Part shown: positions 1 to 9,712 of the stretch, piece after piece
How the letters are laid out: each line of letters begins with the position of its first letter
Position numbering within the stretch: the first letter of the stretch is position 1
Origin: Candidatus Woesearchaeota archaeon B3_Woes
GTDB taxonomy: Archaea; Nanobdellota; Nanobdellia; Woesearchaeales; B3-WOES
DNA length: 40,738 bases
NCBI GenBank assembly: GCA_005222965.1
Contig: NJBG01000001.1
Span: 394,323-435,060 of the forward strand
Direction: 5' to 3'
Notes under the pieces: generated by a model
Seen by the model: the letters and a program-made list of their open reading frames with translations, nothing else
The model's database searches: none
What the model was told of the DNA's origin: nothing
Translations under genes and position numbers: made by a program

Positions 1-2
1 TT

Positions 3-626
3 CAAAACGAAGAAACACCATTTTACCCAAGAAGCCCATATGGGTGTGCAAAAGTGTTTTCATATTGGATTATGAAAAACTATCGAGAATCGTATGGTAT
101 GTTTACTTGTAATGGAATCTTATTTAACCATGAATCTCCAAGAAGAGGTAGAAATTTTGTTACAAGAAAGATCACAAGAACCCTATGTGAAATCAAACTT
201 GGATTAAAAGAAACTTTGTATTTAGGAAATCTCAATGCAAAACGAGATTGGGGTTATGCTAAAGATTATGTTGAAGCTATGTGGTTAATGATGCAACAAA
301 AAGAACCAAAAGACTATGTGATTGCTACAGGAGAATCTCATTCTGTAAGAGAGTTTGTAGAATTAGTATGTAAAGAGCTTAATTTTGATTTGGAATGGGA
401 AGGAGAAGGGCATAAAGAAATTGGAATTGATAAAAATACTGGAAAAACGATTGTTGCAGTTGATGAAAGATTTCTTAGACCATCTGAAGTAGATACACTA
501 CAAGGAGATCCATCTAAAGCTAGGAATGAGTTAAAGTGGAATCCAAAGACGAAGTTTAAAGATCTTGCAAAGATTATGGTAGAAACTGATATGAAAATGT
601 TAAAAGAACACGATGAAAGATTCTAA
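3..626 (+). CDS. gmd: GDP-mannose 4,6-dehydratase (5'-truncated by window edge)
   Basis: Frame is open from position 3: [17 protein letters not shown] (YxxxK), then [31 protein letters not shown] and [11 protein letters not shown], all characteristic Gmd motifs. Confidence 0.96.
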   Translation, partial: QNEETPFYPRSPYGCAKVFSYWIMKNYRESYGMFTCNGILFNHESPRRGRNFVTRKITRTLCEIKLGLKETLYLGNLNAKRDWGYAKDYVEAMWLMMQQKEPKDYVIATGESHSVREFVELVCKELNFDLEWEGEGHKEIGIDKNTGKTIVAVDERFLRPSEVDTLQGDPSKARNELKWNPKTKFKDLAKIMVETDMKMLKEHDERF

Positions 627-1695
627 AATTCCGGTTGCTGAACCTGATTTGAATGGAAATGAATTAGATTATGTGACTGATTGTATAAAAAGCAGTTGGG
701 TTTCATCTAAAGGAGAATATATTAAAAAATTTGAAGATGCTTTCAGTAAATATTGTAATGTAAAACATAGTATTTCTACTTCGAATGGAACTGCCGCTTT
801 ACATCTCGCTTTAATTGCTCTCGGAATTAAAGAAGGGGATGAAGTTATTGTTCCTAATTTAACTTTTATCGCTAGTGCAAATACAGTTAAATATTGTAAT
901 GCAAAACCTGTTTTTGTTGATGTTGATAAAGAAACGTGGAATATAGATGCTAATAAAATTGAAGAAAAGATTACCAATAAAACAAAAGCAATAATGCCAG
1001 TTCACCTTTATGGAAGTCCATGTGATATGGATAAAATAATGGAAATTGCAAAAAAACATAATTTATTTGTTATAGAAGATTGTGCTGAAGCTCATGGTGC
1101 AGAATATAAAGGGAAAAAAGTTGGTGGTTTTGGTAATGTTGCTTGTTTTAGTTTTTTTGGAAATAAAATAATCACAACAGGGGAAGGAGGTATGTGTATA
1201 ACTAATAATAATAAGCTTGCTGAAAAGATGAAAATTTTAAAAGATCATGGAATGAGCAATACTAAAAGATACTGGCATCCTCTTGTAGGTTATAATTATA
1301 GAATGACTAACATACAAGCAGCTATAGGTTTAGCTCAGTTAGAAAGAATTGAAGATTTTATTGAAATAAGAAGAAAGAATGCTCAGTTATATGATTCTTT
1401 ATTAAAAAATGTAAAAGGCATAAGATTATCAATTGAAAAAGAAAACACAAAGAATGTTTATTGGATGTATTCTATCTTATTAGAAAACAGGGAAGAAGTG
1501 ATGGAAAGACTCAAAGAAGATGGGGTTGACACCAGACCTTTTTTTTATCCTATTAATACTATGCCTCCATATAAAAATGATGAAAAGTTTCCTATTTCAA
1601 AAGAATTAAGTAAAAAAGGATTAAATTTACCTTCTTCTACATTATTAGATGAAAAAGATATAAAAAGAATTGTTGAAACAATAAAGAGGGTGTGA
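613..1695 (+). CDS. DegT/DnrJ family PLP aminotransferase, GDP-perosamine synthase-like
   Basis: [35 protein letters not shown] (PLP Lys), [14 protein letters not shown]. Overlaps gmd, as per genes usually do. Confidence 0.88.
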   Translation: MKDSKIPVAEPDLNGNELDYVTDCIKSSWVSSKGEYIKKFEDAFSKYCNVKHSISTSNGTAALHLALIALGIKEGDEVIVPNLTFIASANTVKYCNAKPVFVDVDKETWNIDANKIEEKITNKTKAIMPVHLYGSPCDMDKIMEIAKKHNLFVIEDCAEAHGAEYKGKKVGGFGNVACFSFFGNKIITTGEGGMCITNNNKLAEKMKILKDHGMSNTKRYWHPLVGYNYRMTNIQAAIGLAQLERIEDFIEIRRKNAQLYDSLLKNVKGIRLSIEKENTKNVYWMYSILLENREEVMERLKEDGVDTRPFFYPINTMPPYKNDEKFPISKELSKKGLNLPSSTLLDEKDIKRIVETIKRV

Positions 1696-1706
1696 GGGGT
1701 TTGTCA

Positions 1707-2825
1707 ATGAGAATTGGAATCTATAACCATACATTCATCTATGGAAGTGGGATTGATAATGTTATTAAAGAAATTGCTAATAGACTTTCTAAAAATCATA
1801 AAGTTGAAATAAATTCTTTTTTTGATAATAGAAGGGATTGTAAATCAAAAATAAATAAACTTTCTCTATCAAGAAAGAAATCTGTTTTCACTAGTTACAA
1901 TCCTTTTGTTGCTCTAAGAACTATAAAAAGTGTTAAAAAATATGATGTTGTAATGACTCATATTTATCCTATGAATCTGCTAGTTTCATTAGGAAGTTTA
2001 ATTTATAAAAAACCACATATTGCTTACTTTTGGGGAGCTCCGCCCAGTTGGATGGTTAAAGGAGTAACTGAAAAATTATATCATAAATATTTACATGTTA
2101 CTGAAAAGATCATTCCTAAAATTGGTGTTGAAAAATCCTTGGTTCCAAACGAATTCATTAAAAAATGGAATAAAAACAAAAATGCTGAGATATTACCTAT
2201 GCATGGTGTGGATTTAAAAAGATTTTCTATGCAAAATGTTAATAAAAAGAATTGTGAAAAAATTAGAAGGAAGTTTAAAATTCCAAAAAATGCTAAAATT
2301 ATTTTTACATTAGGGAGAGTTACACCTTATAAAGGTATTGATCTATTGATTAAGGTTTTAAATATTGTTAAAGAAAAACATCCTAATACTTATCTTGTTG
2401 TTGGAGGGAGTTTTTGGAATGAAAAATATCTTAAGTATCTCAAATCAATATCTGATAAAAACACCATACTAGTTGGGCTTGTGCCTGAAAAAGATTTAGT
2501 TGATTATTATGGTCTGTGTGACATATATGTTAGTGCTTCAAAATGGGAAGGTCAGCTTTGTGCAGAAGCTCTTGCTATGGGGAAACCGTATATTGCATTC
2601 AATACCACTTCTCATAAATATACAATTAAAAATGAGGAAAATGGTTATTTAGTAAAATCCTATAGTGTTAAAGAATTTGCAGATAAAATAATTTATTTGC
2701 TTAATAATCCACAGAAAATAAAAAGGATAAACAAAAATAGTCAAAAATGGGCTAATGATAATGCCGATTATGACAAGATTACTAAAAAATTGGAGAGAAT
2801 ATTGATCTCTCAAAAAATAAATTAA
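1707..2825 (+). CDS. Glycosyltransferase family 4 (GT-B)
   Basis: HGVDLKRF, LGRVTPYKGID, SASKWEGQLCAEALAMGKP. ATG 1707 follows GAGGGG (1694-1699). Confidence 0.88.
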   Translation: MRIGIYNHTFIYGSGIDNVIKEIANRLSKNHKVEINSFFDNRRDCKSKINKLSLSRKKSVFTSYNPFVALRTIKSVKKYDVVMTHIYPMNLLVSLGSLIYKKPHIAYFWGAPPSWMVKGVTEKLYHKYLHVTEKIIPKIGVEKSLVPNEFIKKWNKNKNAEILPMHGVDLKRFSMQNVNKKNCEKIRRKFKIPKNAKIIFTLGRVTPYKGIDLLIKVLNIVKEKHPNTYLVVGGSFWNEKYLKYLKSISDKNTILVGLVPEKDLVDYYGLCDIYVSASKWEGQLCAEALAMGKPYIAFNTTSHKYTIKNEENGYLVKSYSVKEFADKIIYLLNNPQKIKRINKNSQKWANDNADYDKITKKLERILISQKIN

Positions 2826-2826
2826 A

Positions 2827-4254
2827 ATGAAAAAAGTTTTTTTAATAGTTCCACCAAACGTTGAATGTGATTTGCCCCCTTTAGGGCTTCTCTATATAGC
2901 ATCAACAATAAAAAAGGAGTGTGATGTTAAGATAATTGATTGTGGAATCTTAAATATAAATTTAAAAAAACTTGAAAAGATTATTTCTGAAGAGAGGCCT
3001 AATTTAGTTGGAGTTATTGCAACAAGTCCAAGAATATACTATGCTTTACAAACTTTGGAGATGGTTAAAAGAGTTAGTAAAAAAATAAAAACAGTGATAG
3101 GTGGTCCACACGCATCTGCTGTTCCTAGCACTATTAACAATGAATATATAGATTTTCTAATTAAAGGAGAAGGAGAAATAACAATGAAAGAACTTGTTAT
3201 TAATTTAGATGATCCTAAAACATATTGTCAAATAAAAGGTTTACATTTTAAAGAAAATAATAAAGTGGTTATTAACCCTCCAAGAGAATTAATAAAAGAT
3301 TTAGATTCTCTACCTCTCCCTGCAAGAGACCTAGTACCAATTGAAAGATACAATGGAAGTATTATGCCAATTAAGCTTCCTGAAGTGAATATGGTTGCGA
3401 GTAGAGGGTGCCCTTTTCAATGTAGTTATTGTTTTAAAGGAACTTTTGGTATTGGTTCAAGATTTCGTGATCCAATTAAAGTTGTTGATGAAATTGAATA
3501 TGTATCTAAAAAATATAATGCAAAGACAATCAATTTTTTTGATGATGAATTCAATATGAATAAAGAATTCTTAAAGGTTTTTACAGATGAAATAATAAAA
3601 AGAAAACTTAACCACTTAAAATTCAAAGCTCAATTTAGAGCAAATAAACAATTTATTGATTTTGAAACTTTAAAAAAGCTAAAAAAGGCAGGATTTTACC
3701 TTATATCTTATGGGCTAGAATCTGGGAATCAAAAAGTTCTTGACGCTAACAGAAGAAACATAACTCTAGAAGAAATGAGAAGGGCAGTTATCTTAACTCA
3801 TAAGGCAGGTATTAGAACTCTTGGATTTTTTATGATGGGCATACTTGGAGAAACACTTGAAAGTGCAGAAGACACCATCAAGTTTGCAATATCAATACCT
3901 TTAGATTATGCACAAGTAACTATCGCTATGCCTTATCCAGGAACAGAATTTTATGAAATAGCAAAAAAGAACAAATGGCTTAATATAGATTACCAAAATA
4001 TTAATTTAGCAAAAGCAAAACATCTTAATTATAGAAAAGTTGTATGGAAAAGACCAAATCTTCCAGAAAAAGAGCTAAAAAAGAGATTTAAGAAATTTTA
4101 TTTAAGATTCTTTTTTAGACCTTCTTATATATTAAAAACGTTTGTAAGAATGTTTTCATCAGTTGATGATTTTAAACTTACATTAAAAGGTATTAGGTGG
4201 GTTTTTGATGCATTGAATCTAACAACAAAAATTGATAAAGAAAAATCTAGTTAA
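2827..4254 (+). CDS. B12-binding-domain radical SAM protein (class B methyltransferase-like)
   Basis: PPLGLLYIA, GGPHAS, GEGE, SRGCPFQCSYC (CxxxCxxC), GLESGNQ, PYPGT. Confidence 0.92.
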   Translation: MKKVFLIVPPNVECDLPPLGLLYIASTIKKECDVKIIDCGILNINLKKLEKIISEERPNLVGVIATSPRIYYALQTLEMVKRVSKKIKTVIGGPHASAVPSTINNEYIDFLIKGEGEITMKELVINLDDPKTYCQIKGLHFKENNKVVINPPRELIKDLDSLPLPARDLVPIERYNGSIMPIKLPEVNMVASRGCPFQCSYCFKGTFGIGSRFRDPIKVVDEIEYVSKKYNAKTINFFDDEFNMNKEFLKVFTDEIIKRKLNHLKFKAQFRANKQFIDFETLKKLKKAGFYLISYGLESGNQKVLDANRRNITLEEMRRAVILTHKAGIRTLGFFMMGILGETLESAEDTIKFAISIPLDYAQVTIAMPYPGTEFYEIAKKNKWLNIDYQNINLAKAKHLNYRKVVWKRPNLPEKELKKRFKKFYLRFFFRPSYILKTFVRMFSSVDDFKLTLKGIRWVFDALNLTTKIDKEKSS

Positions 4255-4255
4255 A

Positions 4256-6196
4256 ATGAATATTATATTTGTTAATAATAAAAAATATATTAAGAAAATT
4301 CTTAAGAAAAAAATAAATAAAGAGTATTTGTTTATTGCATTTAATGATGAAATTGGTAAATTATTAAAAAACAAAGGCCTCCATTGTAAAAAACTTGAGG
4401 AATATTCTACAAAAGAAGATTTGAACAAAAAAATTATTGATTGGATTAAAGAATTTCCAAATCAAAGAATTAATAATAAAAACATTAAAGAACATTTTAC
4501 ATATAAGAACATATCTATCTGGTGGTTAGCAGAATTTTTTCTTTTTGGAACAGGCATATATTTTGAAGCGTATCAAGATGTATTATTTAGATTTGAAAAT
4601 ATAAAAAGGATTATTGAATATGAAAAACCAAAAAAGGTTATTTATATTGACGATAAAAGCCTTGAGTCAAAACTGATATATAAAATATGCAATTTATATA
4701 ATATAAAAATAGTTACCTTAAAAGTAAAACACATTGTCAATAAAAAAGAAGTTATTAGTTATTTAAAAAGAAATGGAATTATCATATATAAATTTTTAAG
4801 ATATTTACTAAGAAAAGTTTTTTGGCATATCTTATCTTTATTTGATATTAGAAAAAGGGGTAATAATAATATATTAATATTTACGGAAAGTCAATGGGGC
4901 AATTTATATGATAATGGAAAGAATATTATTGATGATCTAAGATTCCACAACATCTTAAAAGAGATCAAAAAAAGAAAAGACATGTCTGTTGTTGTAATAG
5001 ATAATCCTATTGGATCAAAATTAAGATTAGAACATTTTACAAAAAGGATAAATCGTTTTTCAAAAAATCCACCATTAGAATCTTATATAAAGCTTAGTTC
5101 ATTTATAGGTGCTATTTTTGACAAAAGAAAGATTAAAAAAGAGTATGAACAAGTAAAAAAGGATATACAATACCTTTATGAGGGAATTGATTTTAAGGAA
5201 TTTTTTAAGCCAAAATTTGATTTCTTTTTTAATAGGTATATTTATGAAACAATTCTTTATCATAATGCAATCGAAAATGCGATAGATAAAGAGAAACCTT
5301 CAATATTAGTTGTATCCAGTGAAGCGAACCCCCCTCAAAGAAGTGCAATATCTTTAGGTCATATGAAAGGGATTAGATCTGTTTCTATTCAACATGGTGC
5401 AGTAGGAATTCATAGTGAATTTATAAACAACAAAAAAGATATTTGCCCTACAGAATTTAGTTCCCCTCCTTATCTCCCTTTACCAAATTATCTTTGTATT
5501 TATGGTAATTTTTATAAAAAATTTTTCCTGAAATCTGGAGGGTATAATAATAAACAATTGATTATAACAGGAAACCAAAAATATGATTGTGTAACTAAAG
5601 ATATTATGTCATTAAATAAATTTGATTTAAAAAAGAAATTTAATTTAGAAAAGCATAAAAAAATTGTTCTTTTTTTCAGTAAACCATACAGCAATTATGA
5701 AGAAGGGAGCAGATTTTTAAATGAAGTGTATGGTGCTTTGAAAAATATTAAAAATATTCAAATAATGGTAAAAATACATCCTAATGAATTTAACATAGGC
5801 ATTCATAAAAAAATAATGTTAGAGAAAAATATTAAAAATGCTCTAATTTTTAAAAAAGAAGATATTTTTGAGTTAGGATTTTGTTCCGATGTTGTGATTA
5901 GTTATGGTTCAACAGTTGTAATGGACATGGCAGTTGTTAAAAAACCCATAGTACTATTTGATCCAATCAAAAAAGATGATACTTATTGTATAGAATATGC
6001 AAAGATTAAAGCAGGTGTTATGACACATAACAAACAACAATTACATGAAAAAGTTAAAAACGTTCTTTTTGATGAAAATAGTGCTTTAAAAATGGTGAAA
6101 GATCAACAAAGATTTGCTATAAAGGAGTATATGTATAGATTAGACTCTAATGCTTCTCAAAGAATTGTAGAAGGATTATCTAAGCTAATTAAGTAG
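4256..6196 (+). CDS. Surface carbohydrate biosynthesis protein with C-terminal TagF/capsule-synthase-like GT-B domain (candidate CMP-nonulosonate or CDP-polyol transferase)
   Basis: SIQHG, ITGNQKYD, VKIHPNE, SDVVISYGSTVVMD, ASQRIV. ATG 4256 lies just after the upstream stop. Confidence 0.6.
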   Translation: MNIIFVNNKKYIKKILKKKINKEYLFIAFNDEIGKLLKNKGLHCKKLEEYSTKEDLNKKIIDWIKEFPNQRINNKNIKEHFTYKNISIWWLAEFFLFGTGIYFEAYQDVLFRFENIKRIIEYEKPKKVIYIDDKSLESKLIYKICNLYNIKIVTLKVKHIVNKKEVISYLKRNGIIIYKFLRYLLRKVFWHILSLFDIRKRGNNNILIFTESQWGNLYDNGKNIIDDLRFHNILKEIKKRKDMSVVVIDNPIGSKLRLEHFTKRINRFSKNPPLESYIKLSSFIGAIFDKRKIKKEYEQVKKDIQYLYEGIDFKEFFKPKFDFFFNRYIYETILYHNAIENAIDKEKPSILVVSSEANPPQRSAISLGHMKGIRSVSIQHGAVGIHSEFINNKKDICPTEFSSPPYLPLPNYLCIYGNFYKKFFLKSGGYNNKQLIITGNQKYDCVTKDIMSLNKFDLKKKFNLEKHKKIVLFFSKPYSNYEEGSRFLNEVYGALKNIKNIQIMVKIHPNEFNIGIHKKIMLEKNIKNALIFKKEDIFELGFCSDVVISYGSTVVMDMAVVKKPIVLFDPIKKDDTYCIEYAKIKAGVMTHNKQQLHEKVKNVLFDENSALKMVKDQQRFAIKEYMYRLDSNASQRIVEGLSKLIK

Positions 6197-6241
6197 ATTT
6201 TCTCTATATTTTATCTATTTATGTCTTAAATTTTCATAAGA

Positions 6242-6269
6242 TTTATAAACTAATCTTAATTTTTAAGAT
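6242..6269 (+). promoter_or_regulatory. Archaeal-type TATA box (TTTATAAA 6242-6249) plus inverted repeat ATCTTAA-ttt-TTAAGAT (6253-6269), candidate Lrp operator
   Basis: Sequence read directly; TATA ends 22 nt before the Lrp ATG at 6272. Confidence 0.55.
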
Positions 6270-6271
6270 AG

Positions 6272-6748
6272 ATGAGGGGTTTAGATAAAACAGATTGTAT
6301 AATTTTGGATACATTACAAAAGAATTGTAGATGTTCTTTAACAAATATAGCTAAAGAAGTAAATCTTTCTATAGATTCTGTTAAAAAAAGGATAAAAAAG
6401 ATGGAAAAAAACAAGATTTTTCATCCAACAATTCAATTAAGACCAAGAAACTTTGGATTTGTTAATATTATCAATACAAGAATTAGGTTAAAAAACCACA
6501 CAAAAGAAGAAAAAAATAGATTCATAAAACATTTAGAGAAAAATCCTAGAATAACAGAGATATTTAGTATGAGTGGAGAAGAAGATTTGTCAATAGTTGT
6601 TGTATCTAAAAATGCAGCTGACTTAGATAATATAATTTCTGAAATAAAAAATAAATTTGGAAATATTATATATTCGTGGAACGATTCAACTACCCTGAAA
6701 GTATATAAATTTGAAAGTTATGATATGGGAAAAATGATGGGTTTTTAA
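6272..6748 (+). CDS. Lrp/AsnC family transcriptional regulator
   Basis: LDKTDCIILDTLQKNCRCSLTNIAKEVNLS...VKKRIKKME HTH; C-terminal RAM domain (MSGEEDL). Confidence 0.93.
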   Translation: MRGLDKTDCIILDTLQKNCRCSLTNIAKEVNLSIDSVKKRIKKMEKNKIFHPTIQLRPRNFGFVNIINTRIRLKNHTKEEKNRFIKHLEKNPRITEIFSMSGEEDLSIVVVSKNAADLDNIISEIKNKFGNIIYSWNDSTTLKVYKFESYDMGKMMGF

Positions 6749-6771
6749 GATTAGGGGCAAATAAAACTAAA

Positions 6772-7104
6772 ATGAATATAGTAGGAATTGATATTGAAGA
6801 CATTTCTAGGTTCAAAAAAATCCCGTTTGATAGGAATAAATCTTTTTACAATAAAATTTTTACAAATAAAGAAATAGAATACTGTAAAAAGAAATCAAAT
6901 CCTTCTCAACATTTTGCTGTCAGATTTTGTGCAAAAGAAGCTTTTATTAAAGCAATTAATGAAAAAATAAATGATTATAAATTAATTGAAGTTTTGATTA
7001 AAGGGAACAAACCATTTATCAAATGGAAAAATGTGAATTCATCATTGTCTCTTAGTCATGATAAAGACAAAGCTATTGCTTGTGTTTTAATTGAAAAAAA
7101 TTAA
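6772..7104 (+). CDS. acpS: Holo-ACP synthase (4'-phosphopantetheinyl transferase)
   Basis: GIDIEDISRF, FAVRFCAKEAFIKA, LSLSHD; 110 aa AcpS-type size. Confidence 0.92.
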   Translation: MNIVGIDIEDISRFKKIPFDRNKSFYNKIFTNKEIEYCKKKSNPSQHFAVRFCAKEAFIKAINEKINDYKLIEVLIKGNKPFIKWKNVNSSLSLSHDKDKAIACVLIEKN

Positions 7105-7115
7105 AAGGTATACTT

Positions 7116-7742
7116 ATGAAAAATATAAATTCAAAGAAACTCTTGCCCATAAATATGAATAGTATTATTGAAGGTCATATGGTTATTATTAAACCCATCT
7201 CAAAAAAAGAAATAAATAAAACTTACCTTTCGTGGTTAAACGATTCACAAATAAACAAATATTTAGAGGTGAGGCATAACAAACAAACAATTAATGGAAT
7301 ATTTGATTATGTTAATAGTCATAGATCTAGGGAAAATAGTGAAGTATTTGCCATTTTCACTAAAAAAGGCATTCATATTGGAAATATAGGGGTCATTTAT
7401 GATAAAGACAACAAATATGTAGAGTATGGGATTATGATTGGTAACAAAAAAGCACAAATGTTAGGTCTTGGTGGAGAAGCAACCATACTTATGTTTGAAT
7501 TTCTTTTTAAGAATAAGGGATTTAGAAAGATATTTAATGGAGTCATATCTAAAAATGAATCATCATGGAAGCTGTTTGAATCCATTGGGTCTACACGAGA
7601 AGGAATTTTAAGAGGGCAGTGTATCTGTTCTTCAAAAAAACCGTGTGATGTTTATCTTTATGGTATTTTAAGAAAAGAGTGGTTAAATAGTCGTAAAAAA
7701 TATCTTAACATATTAAAAAACATTAAAATTAAAAATGGATAG
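7116..7742 (+). CDS. GNAT N-acyltransferase (RimJ/RimL/PseH-like)
   Basis: YLSWLND, HIGNIG, GIMIGNKKAQMLGLG, N..S..LFESIG..REG, DVYLYGIL. Confidence 0.82.
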   Translation: MKNINSKKLLPINMNSIIEGHMVIIKPISKKEINKTYLSWLNDSQINKYLEVRHNKQTINGIFDYVNSHRSRENSEVFAIFTKKGIHIGNIGVIYDKDNKYVEYGIMIGNKKAQMLGLGGEATILMFEFLFKNKGFRKIFNGVISKNESSWKLFESIGSTREGILRGQCICSSKKPCDVYLYGILRKEWLNSRKKYLNILKNIKIKNG

Positions 7743-8034
7743 AAGTGAAAAAATATTAAAAGCTATATATGATGCAATTGATGAAGTTAATGATCAACTT
7801 CCAAAAGAACAAAGGTTATTAAAAAATAAAAATACAACTTTGTTTGGAAAATTAGATTCTCTTGGATTAGTAAACTTTATTATATTAGTAGAACAAAATA
7901 TAGAAAATTTGTTTAATAAAACAATAAATCTAAATAATGAAAAAACTTTATCAGGAGAACAAAGTCCACTAACAAACGTAAAAGCCCTTTTAGATTATAT
8001 AAGTTCAGATTTAGAGGAAAAACATAATGACTAA
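7735..8034 (+). CDS. Acyl carrier protein (ACP1)
   Basis: 99 aa; LFGKLDSLGLVNFI..VE with DSL phosphopantetheine site (Ser42, codon 7858-7860); near acpS and directly before FkbH. Confidence 0.88.
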   Translation: MDRSEKILKAIYDAIDEVNDQLPKEQRLLKNKNTTLFGKLDSLGLVNFIILVEQNIENLFNKTINLNNEKTLSGEQSPLTNVKALLDYISSDLEEKHND

Positions 8035-9703
8035 GAAAAAATGTAAGGGTTTGCTTGTATCAGATTTTAATATACAAAATCTAGCAGGATATCTTAAAGG
8101 AGAAAATGATTCATTAATAATTGATGTAGAGGTTGCTCCTTATGATCAAGTTATACAAACTTTAATGCAATACAATAATTCAACAGAAAACAAAAAAGAT
8201 ATGATAATAGTATGGACCCAGCCAGAAAGTATCATTACGTCTTTTAAAGAAATTATTGAGTTTGAAAAGGCTTCTTTAAAAAAAATCATTAAAGAAGTTG
8301 ATGATTATTCTTCTATTTTAATAGAAGCCAGTAAAAAAACAAAAACAATGTTTGTTCCTTTGTGGATTGTTCCTTCTTATAATAGGGGGCATGGTATGAT
8401 TGATATAAAAAATGAGTTTGGTATATCAAATGTATTGAGGCATATGAATATGAGGCTTATTGAAAATTTAAAAAACAATTCAAATATATTTATTTTAGAT
8501 AGTCAAAGATGGATAAGTCTTGTGGGAAAGCAAGCATTTAGTTCTAAATTATATTATATGGGTAAAATACCTTTTAATAATGATGTTTTCAAGGAAGCAT
8601 CAAAAGATATAAAATCTGCTCTTGATGGGATAAATGGATTTGCAAGAAAATTAATAGTTGTTGACTTGGATGATACTTTATGGGGAGGCATAGTGGGTGA
8701 TGTTGGATGGGAAAATCTTAAATTAGGTGGTCATGATCCTCATGGAGAATCCTTTGTTGATTTCCAAAATGCTTTGAAATCTTTTTCAAAAAGAGGTATA
8801 ATTCTTGGTATTGTAAGTAAAAACGAAGAAAATATAGCTATTGAAGCTATAAAAAAACATCCAGAGATGGTTTTAAAATTAGATGATTTTGCTGGTTGGA
8901 AGATAAATTGGCAAGATAAAGCAAAAAATATTATGGAATTAACTTCTGAACTGAATTTAGGACTTCAATCAGTCGTTTTTATTGATGATAATCCTGTAGA
9001 ACGAGCTCGTGTTAGAGAGGCTCTTCCTGATGTGTTTGTTCCTGAATGGCCTGAAGACAAGATGTTGTACAAAAGCTTTCTGCTCAATCTTCGTTGTTTT
9101 GATGCTCCTCTCTTAAGTGAAGAAGATGTTAAAAGAACAAAAATGTATGTTGCAGAAAGAAAAAGAGAAAACATGAAAGAATCTTTTATATCAATTGATA
9201 AATGGCTAAAAAGTATAGATATGCGTATTTCTGTAAATGAGCTAAGTAAAGAAAATATTCAGAGAACTACTCAACTTATTAACAAAACTAATCAAATGAA
9301 TCTCACTACAAGGAGAATGACCGAATCAGAACTTTCAGATTGGGTAAAACAAGAAAACAACAAACTTTTGACATTTAGTGTATCTGATAAATTTGGTGAT
9401 TCTGGATTAACAGGTATAATAAGCATTGAAATTGAAAAGGATGTTGGAAAAATAGTAGATTTTGTACTAAGTTGCAGAGTTCTTGGGAGAAAAGTAGAAG
9501 AAACTATGTTACATCAATTAATTAAATATGCAAAAGATATGGGTTTAAAAGAAATCAAAGCAAAATACATCCCTACAGAAAAAAATAAACCTTGTTTAGG
9601 TTTTTGGAAGAAATCTGGATTTGATTATAATGAAAAAAAGAACACATTTAAATGGAAAATAGATAAAGATTTTCCTTTACCAAATTGTATAAAAATTGTA
9701 TAA
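8027..9703 (+). CDS. FkbH-like HAD-IIIC protein (glyceryl-ACP forming phosphatase/transferase)
   Basis: VDLDDTLWGGIVGD (DxDxT), SKN, FIDDNPVER, KTNQMNLTT, DKFGDSG, LSCRVLGR with conserved Cys. Confidence 0.93.
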   Translation: MTKKKCKGLLVSDFNIQNLAGYLKGENDSLIIDVEVAPYDQVIQTLMQYNNSTENKKDMIIVWTQPESIITSFKEIIEFEKASLKKIIKEVDDYSSILIEASKKTKTMFVPLWIVPSYNRGHGMIDIKNEFGISNVLRHMNMRLIENLKNNSNIFILDSQRWISLVGKQAFSSKLYYMGKIPFNNDVFKEASKDIKSALDGINGFARKLIVVDLDDTLWGGIVGDVGWENLKLGGHDPHGESFVDFQNALKSFSKRGIILGIVSKNEENIAIEAIKKHPEMVLKLDDFAGWKINWQDKAKNIMELTSELNLGLQSVVFIDDNPVERARVREALPDVFVPEWPEDKMLYKSFLLNLRCFDAPLLSEEDVKRTKMYVAERKRENMKESFISIDKWLKSIDMRISVNELSKENIQRTTQLINKTNQMNLTTRRMTESELSDWVKQENNKLLTFSVSDKFGDSGLTGIISIEIEKDVGKIVDFVLSCRVLGRKVEETMLHQLIKYAKDMGLKEIKAKYIPTEKNKPCLGFWKKSGFDYNEKKNTFKWKIDKDFPLPNCIKIV

Positions 9704-9712
9704 GAGGGAAAA

